Part shown: positions 1-9,147 of the stretch, piece after piece
Position numbering within the stretch: position 1 is the stretch's first letter
Layout of the letters: each line of letters starts with the position of its first letter
Notes under the pieces: model-generated
Databases searched by the model: none
Seen by the model: only the letters and a program-made list of their open reading frames with translations
What the model was told of the DNA's origin: nothing
Position numbers and translations under genes: made by a program
From: an uncultured delta proteobacterium
GTDB taxonomy: Bacteria; Desulfobacterota; Zymogenia; Zymogenales; Zymogenaceae
Direction: 5' to 3'
Assembly (NCBI GenBank): GCA_963809875.1
Contig: CAWELC010000008.1
Coordinates: 131,623 to 195,622 of the forward strand
DNA: 64,000 nt

Positions 1-936
1 CGGCCGATACCCGGCGACCGGCCGCGCGCCGCCAGTTATTGTCCATTGGGGAGCGGATCGGCATAGAGGTGTTTTCGGATGACGAAGAGTCCAGCCCGAG
101 CCGCATATGCGCGGGCGGGGTCTCGCACGCCTCAAAGAAGGGGATCGACACCGTCATCATCGATACCGCGGGGCGGCTGGCCGTCGATGCGGAACTGATG
201 CAGGAGCTCGCCGAGCTCAAGCGGGCCATCGCCCCCCGCGAGGTGCTTCTGGTTGCGGACTCCATGTCCGGGCAGGACGCCGTTACCGTGGCGGCGAAAT
301 TCCATGAGGCCCTCGGCCTTACCGGGGTGATCCTGACCAAGCTCGACGGCGATACACGCGGCGGCGCGGCCCTCTCCATTAAGGCGGTGGCCGGCACGCC
401 GATCAAATTCGCCGGGACCGGCGAGAAGCTGGAAGACCTCGTCGCCTTCGATCCGCAGCGAATGGCGACACGGATCCTCGGAATGGGGGATATCGTCGGC
501 CTCGTCGAGAAGGCCCAGGGCGCGGTCGACGAGAAGAAAGGCGAAAGAGCTCGAAAAGAAGATCAAGAAGGGTGGGTTCACCCTGGACGATTTCCTGGAC
601 CAGATCAGGAGCGTCAAGAAAATGGGTTCAATCGAGTCGATCCTCGGCATGGTGCCGGGGATGAAGGGTCTTTCTTCAAAAGTCGACTACCGGGAGGCCG
701 AAAACGAGCTTAAGAAGATCGAGGCGATCATAAACTCGATGACCATAAAAGAGCGGTATAACCATACCATCATCAACGGAAGCAGGAGAAAGAGGATAGC
801 TGCCGGAAGCGGCACGAGGGTCGAGGACGTTAACAAGCTGTTGAAGAAGTACGGCGCCGCCAAGAAAATGTTAAAAAAACTGTCGAAAGGCGGTTTGAAG
901 CAATTCGGAAGGGGGATGCCTCCCTTTCCCATGTAA
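1..936 (+). pseudogene. ffh: Signal recognition particle protein Ffh; 5' end cut by the window edge and frameshifted as sequenced
   Basis: Frame is open to the window start (ADTRRPAA..). G-domain motifs IDTAGRL and LTKLDGDTRGGAALS lie in ORF 39..713. The M domain (AKELEKKIKKGGFTLDDFLDQIRSVKKMGS..) continues in the +1 frame from ~541 (ORF 622..936). One extra base near 537-541. Confidence 0.9.
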
Positions 937-953
937 GGGGGTGAGAATCGAAC

Positions 954-1217
954 ATGCCTGTGAAGATCAGATTGCAGCGAACCGGAGCAAAGAAGAAACC
1001 GTTTTATCGAATCGTTGTCGCTAACAGTGAAGCACCGAGAGAAGGTCGTTTTCTGGAGATTGTCGGGACGTACAACCCGCTGACGGAGCCCGCCACCGTC
1101 ACCGTTAAGGAGGACAAGATCCGAGAGTGGCTCACCCGTGGAGCGCAAGTCACCGGTACCGTAAGAAATATCCTCAAAAGAGAAGGGATCACGGCAAACG
1201 GAGCAAAACCCGAATAA
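954..1217 (+). CDS. rpsP: 30S ribosomal protein S16
   Basis: [23 protein letters not shown]... is the canonical S16 N-terminus; it sits directly after ffh as in many bacteria. Confidence 0.95.
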   Translation: MPVKIRLQRTGAKKKPFYRIVVANSEAPREGRFLEIVGTYNPLTEPATVTVKEDKIREWLTRGAQVTGTVRNILKREGITANGAKPE

Positions 1218-1262
1218 TCATCGTGTATTACCGTTGTGAGGCTGACACTGGAGGTGATAGCT

Positions 1263-1502
1263 ATGATGGCGATGAAAGAGCTTATTAAGTACATTGCTCA
1301 GGCCCTCGTCGACAACCCGGACAAGGTTGAGGTTACAGAGGTTGAAGGTGAACAGACATCGGTCATCGAACTCAAGGTCGCCAAGGAAGACCTCGGCAAG
1401 GTGATCGGAAAGCAGGGAAGAACCGCACGGGCCATGAGGACCATCCTCTCGGCGGCTTCGACGAAGATCAACAAAAGGGCGGTTCTCGAAATTCTCGAAT
1501 AG
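1263..1502 (+). CDS. KH-domain RNA-binding protein (UPF0109/YlqC family)
   Basis: [19 protein letters not shown] is a KH GXXG motif. Conserved position between rpsP and rimM. GGAGGTG lies 6 nt before the ATG at 1263. Confidence 0.85.
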   Translation: MMAMKELIKYIAQALVDNPDKVEVTEVEGEQTSVIELKVAKEDLGKVIGKQGRTARAMRTILSAASTKINKRAVLEILE

Positions 1503-1504
1503 GG

Positions 1505-2026
1505 ATGAAGGAGATAATCCTCGGGGAAGTCGTGAAGCCCCACGGGCTCAACGGTGCCGTCAAGGTAAAAAGCTTTGCCGATTCCCCGGAGAGCTTCACC
1601 AGATCCACGCGACTCTTCCTGGTTTCGGCCGACGGCAAGCGCTCGGAGATCACGGTCCAGGACGCGAGCCCTATGGGCGGATCGGTTACCCTGAAGATCG
1701 AGGGGATCCATACCAGGGAGCAGGCCGAGGAGTTGGTGGGCAGCCGGGTGGTCGTGGGCAGGGAAGAGTTGCCGGACGCGGAGGAAGACGAGTTTTACTG
1801 GCACGATCTCCTGGGGATGGGAGTATATGACTCGGCGGGCGCCTACTACGGAATCATAAAGTCAATTTTTCCGACCGGTGCCAATGATGTTTTCGTCGTC
1901 GAGGGAAAGAAGGGAGAAGAGATCCTGATTCCGGGCACCTTCGACGCGGTTATCGAGATAAATGTCCCGGAACGCAAGATGGTCATCGAGCCGTTGTCCG
2001 GGCCGGTATTTAATGATACTCATTGA
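1505..2026 (+). CDS. rimM: 16S rRNA processing protein RimM
   Basis: N-terminal GxVxKPHGLxGxVKV and C-terminal PRC-barrel-like sequence; conserved rimM-trmD synteny. Confidence 0.9.
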   Translation: MKEIILGEVVKPHGLNGAVKVKSFADSPESFTRSTRLFLVSADGKRSEITVQDASPMGGSVTLKIEGIHTREQAEELVGSRVVVGREELPDAEEDEFYWHDLLGMGVYDSAGAYYGIIKSIFPTGANDVFVVEGKKGEEILIPGTFDAVIEINVPERKMVIEPLSGPVFNDTH

Positions 2027-2804
2027 CATATTGACCATCTTCCCCGATTACTTTGAATCCCCCTTTCGGATCGGGATTATAAAGAAGGCGATAGACGGCG
2101 GTCTGATCTCGATCCGCCTGGTGGACATCAGACGCTTCTCGGCGAACCGACACAACCAGGTGGACGACTATCCCTTCGGGGGCGGCGCCGGGATGGTGAT
2201 GAAGCCGGAGCCGATCTTCCGGGCGGTGAGACACATTCGACAGGGGGGGGGATACCGGCCGCGAATCATCCTCCTGACTCCGCAAGGGGAACGGTTCAGT
2301 CAGGATAAGGCGGGAAAGCTTGCCCGATACAGACGGCTTGCCTTTATCTGCGGACGATACGAAGGAGTAGACGAACGGGTATCCGAACGCCTCGTGGACG
2401 AGGAATTGTCCATCGGCGATTATGTCCTGTCCGGCGGGGAAGCGGCGGCCCTCGTCATTATAGAAGCCCTCGCGCGCCTGATACCGGGGGTAGTGGGGAA
2501 TCAGGAATCGATCTCGGGGGATACCTTCTCCGGGAATTCCCTGAAACATCCCCAGTATACGCGGCCCCGCGAATACCTGGGTATGCCCGTTCCCCCGGTG
2601 CTGGTTTCGGGAGATCACGGAAAGATCGATGAATGGAGGGCGAGCCAGTCGATCTCCAGGACGATGGAGCGCAGGCCGGATCTCGTCGATCCCGAGATCG
2701 TCACCCGGCCGCGGGACAAGGTCGCCGGACGCCCCGGGAAGGCCGCCGGCAAGAAGAAAAAGCCCGGGGGGGCAAAGGCTGTGCGGCCGTCGGAGCGTTC
2801 ATGA
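2013..2804 (+). CDS. trmD: tRNA (guanine37-N1)-methyltransferase TrmD with a Lys/Gly/Pro-rich C-terminal tail
   Basis: MILIDILTIFPDYF..., DDYPFGGGAGMVMKPEP and LSIGDYVLSGGE motifs. The ATG at 2013 inside ORF 1962..2804 matches the usual TrmD start. Confidence 0.93.
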   Translation: MILIDILTIFPDYFESPFRIGIIKKAIDGGLISIRLVDIRRFSANRHNQVDDYPFGGGAGMVMKPEPIFRAVRHIRQGGGYRPRIILLTPQGERFSQDKAGKLARYRRLAFICGRYEGVDERVSERLVDEELSIGDYVLSGGEAAALVIIEALARLIPGVVGNQESISGDTFSGNSLKHPQYTRPREYLGMPVPPVLVSGDHGKIDEWRASQSISRTMERRPDLVDPEIVTRPRDKVAGRPGKAAGKKKKPGGAKAVRPSERS

Positions 2805-3442
2805 CGCATGGCCCTGGTCGGGGAGATATAAAAGGAAGAGGGGCGAGCTGGGCGAGGGCCGTTGTGGGTGATCTGTTCGTCGGGCTGGTACACTATCCGG
2901 TGACCAATAAACGTGGGGACGTGGTCGCGACGGCCGTCACAAATCTCGATATCCATGATATCGCGAGGGCGGCGGAGACGTACGGGGTTTCACGCTTCTT
3001 TATCATCAACCCGATGCCGTCTCAGAAGCGGCTGGTCGAACGCATCGTAGATCATTGGATCGCCGGATACGGGATGACGTATAATCCCGACCGAGGCCGG
3101 GCCCTGGCAACGGTATCGGTCGCCGATAGCCTCGACGACGCGATACACTCCATCGTCGAGGCAACCGGCAGAGAGCCAACCGTCGTGGGGACGTCGGCCC
3201 GGGGTGGAGGAAAGACGGTGGGATATCACGCGCTCAGGACCATGATCCAGGAGGATCACACGCCCTACCTGCTGCTCTTCGGAACGGGGTGGGGGATGAC
3301 CGAGCAAGTCAAGGATGTATGCACCTATATGGTGGAACCGATACGGGGTCCCGGCGACTATCAGCACCTTTCGGTGCGATCGGCGGCGGCCGTCGTGCTG
3401 GATAGACTCAGAGGAAGAACGGATGAGAGGAGTATGTCATGA
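2801..3442 (+). CDS. SPOUT-type SAM-dependent RNA methyltransferase (TM1570-like family found between trmD and rplS)
   Basis: [31 protein letters not shown]...FIINP resembles that family. The ATG at 2801 overlaps the trmD stop (ATGA). The start could instead be a downstream GTG. Confidence 0.7.
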   Translation: MTHGPGRGDIKGRGASWARAVVGDLFVGLVHYPVTNKRGDVVATAVTNLDIHDIARAAETYGVSRFFIINPMPSQKRLVERIVDHWIAGYGMTYNPDRGRALATVSVADSLDDAIHSIVEATGREPTVVGTSARGGGKTVGYHALRTMIQEDHTPYLLLFGTGWGMTEQVKDVCTYMVEPIRGPGDYQHLSVRSAAAVVLDRLRGRTDERSMS

Positions 3443-3786
3443 ATAAACTGGAAGCGATTGAAAAGGAACAGATGCGGATGGACATTCCGCGCTTCGACGT
3501 GGGGGATACCGTAAAGGTTCACGTGAAGATCAAGGAAGGTGAAAAAGAGCGGATTCAGGTATTCGAGGGAACGGTCATCAAGAAGACCGGAGGCCTCACC
3601 CGCGCGTCGTTCACCGTCAGGAAGATCTCCTACGCGGTGGGGGTGGAGCGTATATTCCCCCTTCATTCTCCGGTCATCGAAAAGGTCGATGTGATGACAA
3701 AGGGGAAAGTGCGAAGGGCTAAACTCTACTACCTGAGAAAAAGGAAAGGCAAAGCCGCCAGGGTCAAGGAACAGAGGAACTTCTAG
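3439..3786 (+). CDS. rplS: 50S ribosomal protein L19
   Basis: [33 protein letters not shown]...[10 protein letters not shown] is canonical L19. Confidence 0.95.
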   Translation: MNKLEAIEKEQMRMDIPRFDVGDTVKVHVKIKEGEKERIQVFEGTVIKKTGGLTRASFTVRKISYAVGVERIFPLHSPVIEKVDVMTKGKVRRAKLYYLRKRKGKAARVKEQRNF

Positions 3787-3816
3787 CACACCCATCGGGA
3801 AAAAGAGGTCATCCCC

Positions 3817-5781
3817 ATGATTCTGTTGGACCTGGTGATCGTGGGAGTGGGTCGGTTTGCTCAACCCACCAGGTTTTCCTTCCATAAAGGGTACACGGTG
3901 GTCTTCGGACTGAACGAGACCGGCAAGACCACCTTTGCCCACGCAGTTATGGCTGTCTTTTTCCCTGAAGTATACAGTCGGGCGCAGGACTTTATAAACT
4001 GGCAGCTCACCGGGACCTCCCGCGCCTACGTCACCGTCAAGGAAGGCAACGACGTATATCGCCTCACGCGGGATTTCTCCCAGAAGCTCTCCAATCTCGC
4101 CAGATACATGCCGGACAAGAAGACCTTTGCCCTGGTCACCAAGGACGAGAAGGAGATCGGAGAATTCCTGTTCGAGAAGCTCGGTCTCTTCGACGAGGAG
4201 ATCTACTCCAGCGTCTTCTATTCCGATTTTGTTCATCTGCCTTCTACCAATCCCTTCGGCGTCGTCGGCCTTGTCCCCCGTCCCAACCCCTCGGCGTCGC
4301 CGGCGGCATCCGCGTCGGCCGGTTCCGGCGAAGGGGATGACGAAGACCCCGACTCTCTCAAGGAGCGACTCGATACGCTCAAGCAGGAGATCGCGCGGGG
4401 CAAAGAGATCGACCAGACCCAGGTTGATCTGGATGAGTTCAACACGAGAGTCTACGAGATCCAGTCGAAACTGAAAGAGGTTCGCGAGATAGAGGCCAAG
4501 CTCGCCGAGATCAACGCCTTTTTCGACCGATCCAAGGCACTCGGAGATATCGCCGGCATCAAGAGCCGTACGGATCGCTACATCGAATCGGAGCGGAGGA
4601 GGGATGGTCATATCAACGAGATCAAGAGCAGAAGGGGACAGGCCGAGGCCGAGCTCTCCAATTCCGCCGTTCCGAGCCTGAAAGACAATAAGTACCTCCT
4701 GCCCGGTGTGGGGATCGCCCTCGGGTGTATCATGGTGACGTTTCTGAGGCCTACGATTGCCGGTTTTCTGCCGGACGACTATGAGAAGATCATAAATCTC
4801 GTATTCACCTTGGTCAATTTCGGGATCCTTATCGGCCTGGGGCTGGCCGCCTGGGGGGTCTGGCAGTTCATCAACGCGCAGAACCACATCCAGAGCCTCA
4901 GGTCGACGATGAGCGAGGCGGACACCGATATCCGCCAGATACAGGGCAAATTCGAGTCGGAGACGAAAGACTTCAGGGACGTCATGCGCACGCTCGGCAC
5001 CGGCAGTATCGAAGACCTCAAGGCAAAGCTTGCCGGCGTCCAACAGATGGAGGCAAAGAAGAAGGCGTTGGAACAGCGGCGTCAGCAGCTCGTGAAAGAA
5101 CACAACGTCGCGGCCCTTACCAACGACGAGGCCGCCGCCAAGAAGAAGGTCGAGGAGCTTGAGTCCCAGCTCGAGTCCCTGGGGGCGCTCGGCTACACGC
5201 ATCAGGAGATGAAGGACGAGATCAAGCGGATCGAGGCGGTCCTCAAGAAGAAGGGGATCCAGATAGCTCCTTTCGAAGAAGGCAAGGCGGGCGCGGCCAA
5301 GGCATTCGGGCAGGATCGAAAACCCTCCCGCTTCCCGGAGGATCACTTCTCGCGCCTGATCGCGGTCGCGACGGAGCTGGTGCAGAAGGGACGCATGGAG
5401 CCGTTGAGCGAGCTCCAGAAAAACTTCGACAAATATATCCAGACTCTCTCGAACAACAACTACGCGCGCTCGAGCATCAGCAAGGACGGCGTCATCAAGT
5501 TTCTGCGGGGGGATAACCTTATGCGTGTCGGGCTGGAGAGCATGTCGCCGGCCGCAAAAGACAGCATGTACTTTTCCCTCAAGTTCGCGCTCATCGACTC
5601 GGTCATCGCCAAGAAGGCGCTGCCGATCATCTTCGACGATCCATTTCTCCTGTTTGACGACAAAAGGCTCTCGACCGTGCTCACGATGCTCAAGGAGCTC
5701 TCCGCAAAGACGCAGGTCGTCCTCCTCACCTCAAAGCAGGCGGCCCTCAAGGGTGCCGACCAATCTTTTCAGATAAAGTAG
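3817..5781 (+). CDS. YhaN/SbcC-like SMC-type ATPase with a central predicted membrane hairpin and long coiled coils
   Basis: Walker A GLNETGKTT at the N-terminus. The C-terminus has a signature-like SPAAKDSMYFSLKFAL and Walker B PIIFDDPF. The middle carries two hydrophobic stretches (YLLPGVGIALGCIMVTFL; LVFTLVNFGILIGLGLAAWGVW) flanked by E/K/Q-rich heptad-like sequence. Confidence 0.7.
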   Translation: MILLDLVIVGVGRFAQPTRFSFHKGYTVVFGLNETGKTTFAHAVMAVFFPEVYSRAQDFINWQLTGTSRAYVTVKEGNDVYRLTRDFSQKLSNLARYMPDKKTFALVTKDEKEIGEFLFEKLGLFDEEIYSSVFYSDFVHLPSTNPFGVVGLVPRPNPSASPAASASAGSGEGDDEDPDSLKERLDTLKQEIARGKEIDQTQVDLDEFNTRVYEIQSKLKEVREIEAKLAEINAFFDRSKALGDIAGIKSRTDRYIESERRRDGHINEIKSRRGQAEAELSNSAVPSLKDNKYLLPGVGIALGCIMVTFLRPTIAGFLPDDYEKIINLVFTLVNFGILIGLGLAAWGVWQFINAQNHIQSLRSTMSEADTDIRQIQGKFESETKDFRDVMRTLGTGSIEDLKAKLAGVQQMEAKKKALEQRRQQLVKEHNVAALTNDEAAAKKKVEELESQLESLGALGYTHQEMKDEIKRIEAVLKKKGIQIAPFEEGKAGAAKAFGQDRKPSRFPEDHFSRLIAVATELVQKGRMEPLSELQKNFDKYIQTLSNNNYARSSISKDGVIKFLRGDNLMRVGLESMSPAAKDSMYFSLKFALIDSVIAKKALPIIFDDPFLLFDDKRLSTVLTMLKELSAKTQVVLLTSKQAALKGADQSFQIK

Positions 5782-5784
5782 TTT

Positions 5785-6396
5785 ATGCTGTTTCAATTTG
5801 ACGACCAGTTCTATGCCGCGGGGGTCAATTCCCTCTGCGGGGTGGACGAGGCCGGTCGGGGGCCGCTCGCCGGGCCGGTTGTCGCCGCCGCGGTGGTATT
5901 GCCCAGGGGGCTCAGACTTGCGGGCATCAGGGACTCGAAAGAGCTGACGCCGCAGAAGCGGGATATCTTCTACGATTTGATCACTGCAAACGCGGTCGCA
6001 TGGGAAGTCACGGCGGTCGATCATGACACGATAGATCGGATCAATATCTTCCAGGCCTCGCTCCTGGCCATGGAGCGGTCGGTGCGGGGTCTCGGGTCGG
6101 CCTGCGACCTCGTCCTGGTGGACGGGAGGCACGGGCTGGGCGGTGATATCCCGTGTATGGCGCTGGTGGGAGGTGACAGACGATCGGCCCATATCGCGGC
6201 CGCGTCCATTGTGGCAAAGGTCACGCGGGATCGGATGATGGCGGGATATCACGGCACCTACCCGCGCTATAATTTCGCCCGTAACAAGGGATACGGGACG
6301 GCCGAGCATCTGGCGGCGCTCAAGCGATACGGTCCCTGTCTCATCCATCGCAGGACCTTTTCAGGGGTCAGGGAGACGATCGATGAAGCGGGATAA
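5785..6396 (+). CDS. rnhB: Ribonuclease HII
   Basis: CGVDEAGRGPLAGPVVAAAV and DSKELTPQKR motifs. Confidence 0.93.
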   Translation: MLFQFDDQFYAAGVNSLCGVDEAGRGPLAGPVVAAAVVLPRGLRLAGIRDSKELTPQKRDIFYDLITANAVAWEVTAVDHDTIDRINIFQASLLAMERSVRGLGSACDLVLVDGRHGLGGDIPCMALVGGDRRSAHIAAASIVAKVTRDRMMAGYHGTYPRYNFARNKGYGTAEHLAALKRYGPCLIHRRTFSGVRETIDEAG

Positions 6397-6748
6397 AGAG
6401 GGGAGGCTCGGAGAGCGGATCGCCCGATGGCGGCTTGTCCTTTCCGGCTACCGGATCGTCGAGACAAACTTCCGCACCCGGTACGGTGAAATCGATATCG
6501 TGGCCAGGGACGGGCAGGATCTCGTGTTCGTGGAGGTCAAGACGAAACGGTCCAAGGAGTACGGCCCGCCGGAGGAGGCCGTTGACGAAAGAAAGCGCCG
6601 GCAGATCTCGAAGATGGCGCTCATGTACCTGACAACCAGGGGCGGGGACGATGATGCGGCGTGCCGCTTTGACGTGGTGACGGTCGATCTCTCGGGGATG
6701 CTGCCCCGCATCCGGATCATCCCCAATGCCTTCGAGGCCTCGGAGTGA
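6383..6748 (+). CDS. yraN: YraN family (UPF0102) endonuclease-like protein
   Basis: GEIDIVARDGQDLVFVEVKTK... is the PD-(D/E)xK core; conserved rnhB-yraN synteny. Confidence 0.88.
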   Translation: MKRDKEGRLGERIARWRLVLSGYRIVETNFRTRYGEIDIVARDGQDLVFVEVKTKRSKEYGPPEEAVDERKRRQISKMALMYLTTRGGDDDAACRFDVVTVDLSGMLPRIRIIPNAFEASE

Positions 6749-6827
6749 TCCGCTGAGCCCGTCATGACTCGCCACCGGGTTTCAGAGAAAGCCGCTCTCT
6801 CAGACTGCCCTCGTGAAGGAGAAACCC

Positions 6828-7271
6828 TCAACCCACCACGACCGTTCCGTCTTCATGGATCTCAACCGACATCCCGGACTGCACGTAGCCAAGAAAATCT
6901 TCCCCGAGTCCATCGATGGTGACGATCCGCTTTTTTCCCCATACATCGGTCAGCACCACACCGGCCCAGGCAAGCGAGTCGATCGCTTCCGAAAAGAGAA
7001 AGGCGCGCGGTGCGAGATTGAGCCGCGCGGCGGTCATGATAGTCAGACCTCCCATGGTCGACCCGATGGTCTGGGGCAGGCAGATCACCTTATCGGTGAG
7101 GTCCTTCTTGTAGAGGTCGCGGTTATTCTGATCGGAGCAGATCGCCCGCTTGGAGCGCATGATAGCACCCTTCATATAGGACGCGAGGGTATTAAAACCT
7201 TCCCTCGTGACAACGGCGTCGCCGGTTACCGTCCCGGGCAGCAGCGGCCTGCCTTTGAATGTCTTGCTCAT
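6828..7271 (-). CDS. Aconitase X swivel-domain subunit (DUF126)
   Basis: MSKTFKGRPLLPGTVTGDAVV...; ~147 aa; lies immediately downstream of the DUF521 partner on the same strand. Confidence 0.8.
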   Translation of the reverse strand: MSKTFKGRPLLPGTVTGDAVVTREGFNTLASYMKGAIMRSKRAICSDQNNRDLYKKDLTDKVICLPQTIGSTMGGLTIMTAARLNLAPRAFLFSEAIDSLAWAGVVLTDVWGKKRIVTIDGLGEDFLGYVQSGMSVEIHEDGTVVVG

Positions 7272-7292
7272 ATCGATGGTCCCCCTCTTTCC

Positions 7293-8573
7293 CTATCCCG
7301 ATATCATGTCAAGCACGGCCCCATCGTCAAGAAACCGGGCTGTTGTATAGGTTCGCAGCTTGTTGGAGTTGGTGATGGTCGGTTTTCGGGCAGACAGGGG
7401 ATTGCTCATAAATGCCACCGGGCAGATGGAGGAAAGGAAGACCCTGTTTTCCCTGAGTCCTGTTACCAGGGGGATATCCCGTCCTATCTTTTCCACCACG
7501 GCCGGAGGTGCATTCAGTATCGTCTCGACGGCGGCGCGACGCCTTCCTTTTTTGCCCAGCTTTTCTCGTATCCTCTCAATCCACCATACCGTCTGCTCGA
7601 AAGAGAGGTGGGGGCAGCCGATGAGACACCTCACGGGGGTGCTGTCAGCCTTTTTCCAGAGCACCGGGTATGAGGACGTGACCCTCGCTATCTCGTCATC
7701 ATCGATGACGTAGGTCCGGTAGCCACGGCTCAGCAGCGATCTACCGCTCTCCTTCGCTTCCGGGGTGACGTTTTCTACGTGAAAGAGCCCGACGGCGCCG
7801 TTTGAGGCCGACGCGGCGCCCATATCCTTCAGGTAATCCCGGACCTGGGCCCCGCTCTTCTTGTCCATCCGGGCGTCGAGCCCGACGACGTAGGGTACTC
7901 CATCCATTACCCGCATTCCGACGGCCGAGCCCAGGAGTTGGGGATTCGGGAGTGTAGCGGTGGCAAGTTCGACGAGCCAGGTTGCTTTCCGCCCTTCGTC
8001 GGTCAAAAGCCCGTACAGGGGGGCCTTCCCGATGATGTTCATCAATACGTCTATTCCGGCGGAGTTTCTGTTCGTCCGCGCGCCGAGCATCGAATTGGCG
8101 AATGCGACCGCCGAGGATTCCGACCAGGCAAGGAGTTCCCCCTTCCCGGGTATATTCCCGATTTCCGGCAGATAACAGGCGCAGGAGAAGGCCTGTCCGT
8201 TTGCCAGGCCCAGCTTCCTCAGCTGTCCTTCGAGCCGCGGCTGGGATCGGTAGATGACTTTCGAAAGGAGCTTTTCCAGGAAGGAGTAGGGGATTGCCTC
8301 AAAGTCGTAGGTCCTGGGATTGGTGGTAAAGGGCTTGAGCGTCTTCAGTCCGTCGCCGATTATCTCGTCAAGTATCTCATAATAGGGGGTGATGATCGAT
8401 GCCCCAAATGACATCGCAAAGTGAGGAGCACCCTCTATCGATACCAGTCTCTCTGCCCCGAACGCCTCTCCATACAGGACCACCGATCTGAGGATCTTCT
8501 GGATCACGGCGCCGCCTTCTCCGCCCAGCAGACTCTCCTCGTCCGGCGTAAGGATGAGACCTCTCTTTTTCAT
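7293..8573 (-). CDS. Aconitase X catalytic subunit (DUF521)
   Basis: 426 aa; N-terminal LTPDEESLLGGEGGAVIQKILRSVV..YGEAFGAERLV pattern typical of the AcnX large subunit; paired with DUF126. Confidence 0.8.
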   Translation of the reverse strand: MKKRGLILTPDEESLLGGEGGAVIQKILRSVVLYGEAFGAERLVSIEGAPHFAMSFGASIITPYYEILDEIIGDGLKTLKPFTTNPRTYDFEAIPYSFLEKLLSKVIYRSQPRLEGQLRKLGLANGQAFSCACYLPEIGNIPGKGELLAWSESSAVAFANSMLGARTNRNSAGIDVLMNIIGKAPLYGLLTDEGRKATWLVELATATLPNPQLLGSAVGMRVMDGVPYVVGLDARMDKKSGAQVRDYLKDMGAASASNGAVGLFHVENVTPEAKESGRSLLSRGYRTYVIDDDEIARVTSSYPVLWKKADSTPVRCLIGCPHLSFEQTVWWIERIREKLGKKGRRRAAVETILNAPPAVVEKIGRDIPLVTGLRENRVFLSSICPVAFMSNPLSARKPTITNSNKLRTYTTARFLDDGAVLDMISG

Positions 8574-8846
8574 ACTCAGTCACCCGCCGTCATCTGTCGG
8601 TTCAGCACCTTATTTCTTGCCTGAAGCGTCGTTCCCGGACAGATGCGATACGGCAAGCATAGTCCGAATTGCGGCAATACGTCAAGGGGGCAGCGATGCG
8701 AGGCCGACACGGCTCTGCGTGTGAGCAGGGCCGCCATTGTCGGGGATGTCCGGGCTCACAACTACTCTATAACCGCCCCGAAAAACCCTCGCCGTACACG
8801 GGAATCTGCCATTCTATCGCGCGCACCCGGCGCGCGGTCAGACACC

Positions 8847-9053
8847 TCAGGACCCGCCGTAGCCGACGGTTACCTTTTCCCCCTCCACGATCACCGGAAC
8901 ATTCCGCTTACCCTTGGAGTGGACGAGCATCTCGCTCAACCGCTTCGGGTCCCTATCGACATCGTAGTATGTCGCGCGATCTCCGAAGGCCGCCCTGGCC
9001 TTATCGGTGTAGGGTCAGCCGCTCTTGCCGTAGATAAGTATTGTATCGCCCAT
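8847..9053 (-). CDS. Glutaredoxin/NrdH-like small redox protein with an in-frame TGA (9017..9015) at the active-site position; candidate selenoprotein
   Basis: GAGGAGG lies 6 nt before the ATG at 9053. Translation is MGDTILIYGKSG[TGA]PYTDKARAAF...KRNVPVIVEGEKVTVGYGGS*. The TGA replaces the first Cys of a CPYC-type motif, and a hairpin follows 8-32 nt after the TGA. Absent from the ORF track because the TGA splits it. Confidence 0.6.
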
Positions 9054-9147
9054 TGGTTACCTCCTCACGTATCGGGGATTGGATAGCCTCAAGCCCGGCA
9101 ATCCGCCTCCGGACAGGTCTCAAAGCCGGAAGACCGGAGGCCGGCCG

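Noticed and set aside
3361-5346. Very long antisense ORFs: 3361..5346 (661 aa), 12500..13930 (476 aa), 43602..45122 (506 aa), 52620..53975 (451 aa), 58453..59820 (455 aa), 61207..62727 (506 aa) and many of 100-350 aa.
   Set aside because: Each lies opposite a gene with clear family motifs. Their translations are Arg/Gly/Pro/Asp-rich and low in complexity, with no recognisable motifs. Stop-codon scarcity on the antisense strand of GC-rich genes explains them.
8643-9086. Plus-strand ORFs 8643..9086 (147 aa) and 8669..9037 (122 aa) as the coding content of this gap.
   Set aside because: Their translations are Arg/Pro-rich with no motifs. The minus strand carries an RBS-preceded glutaredoxin-like ORF interrupted only by one TGA, which explains the region better.
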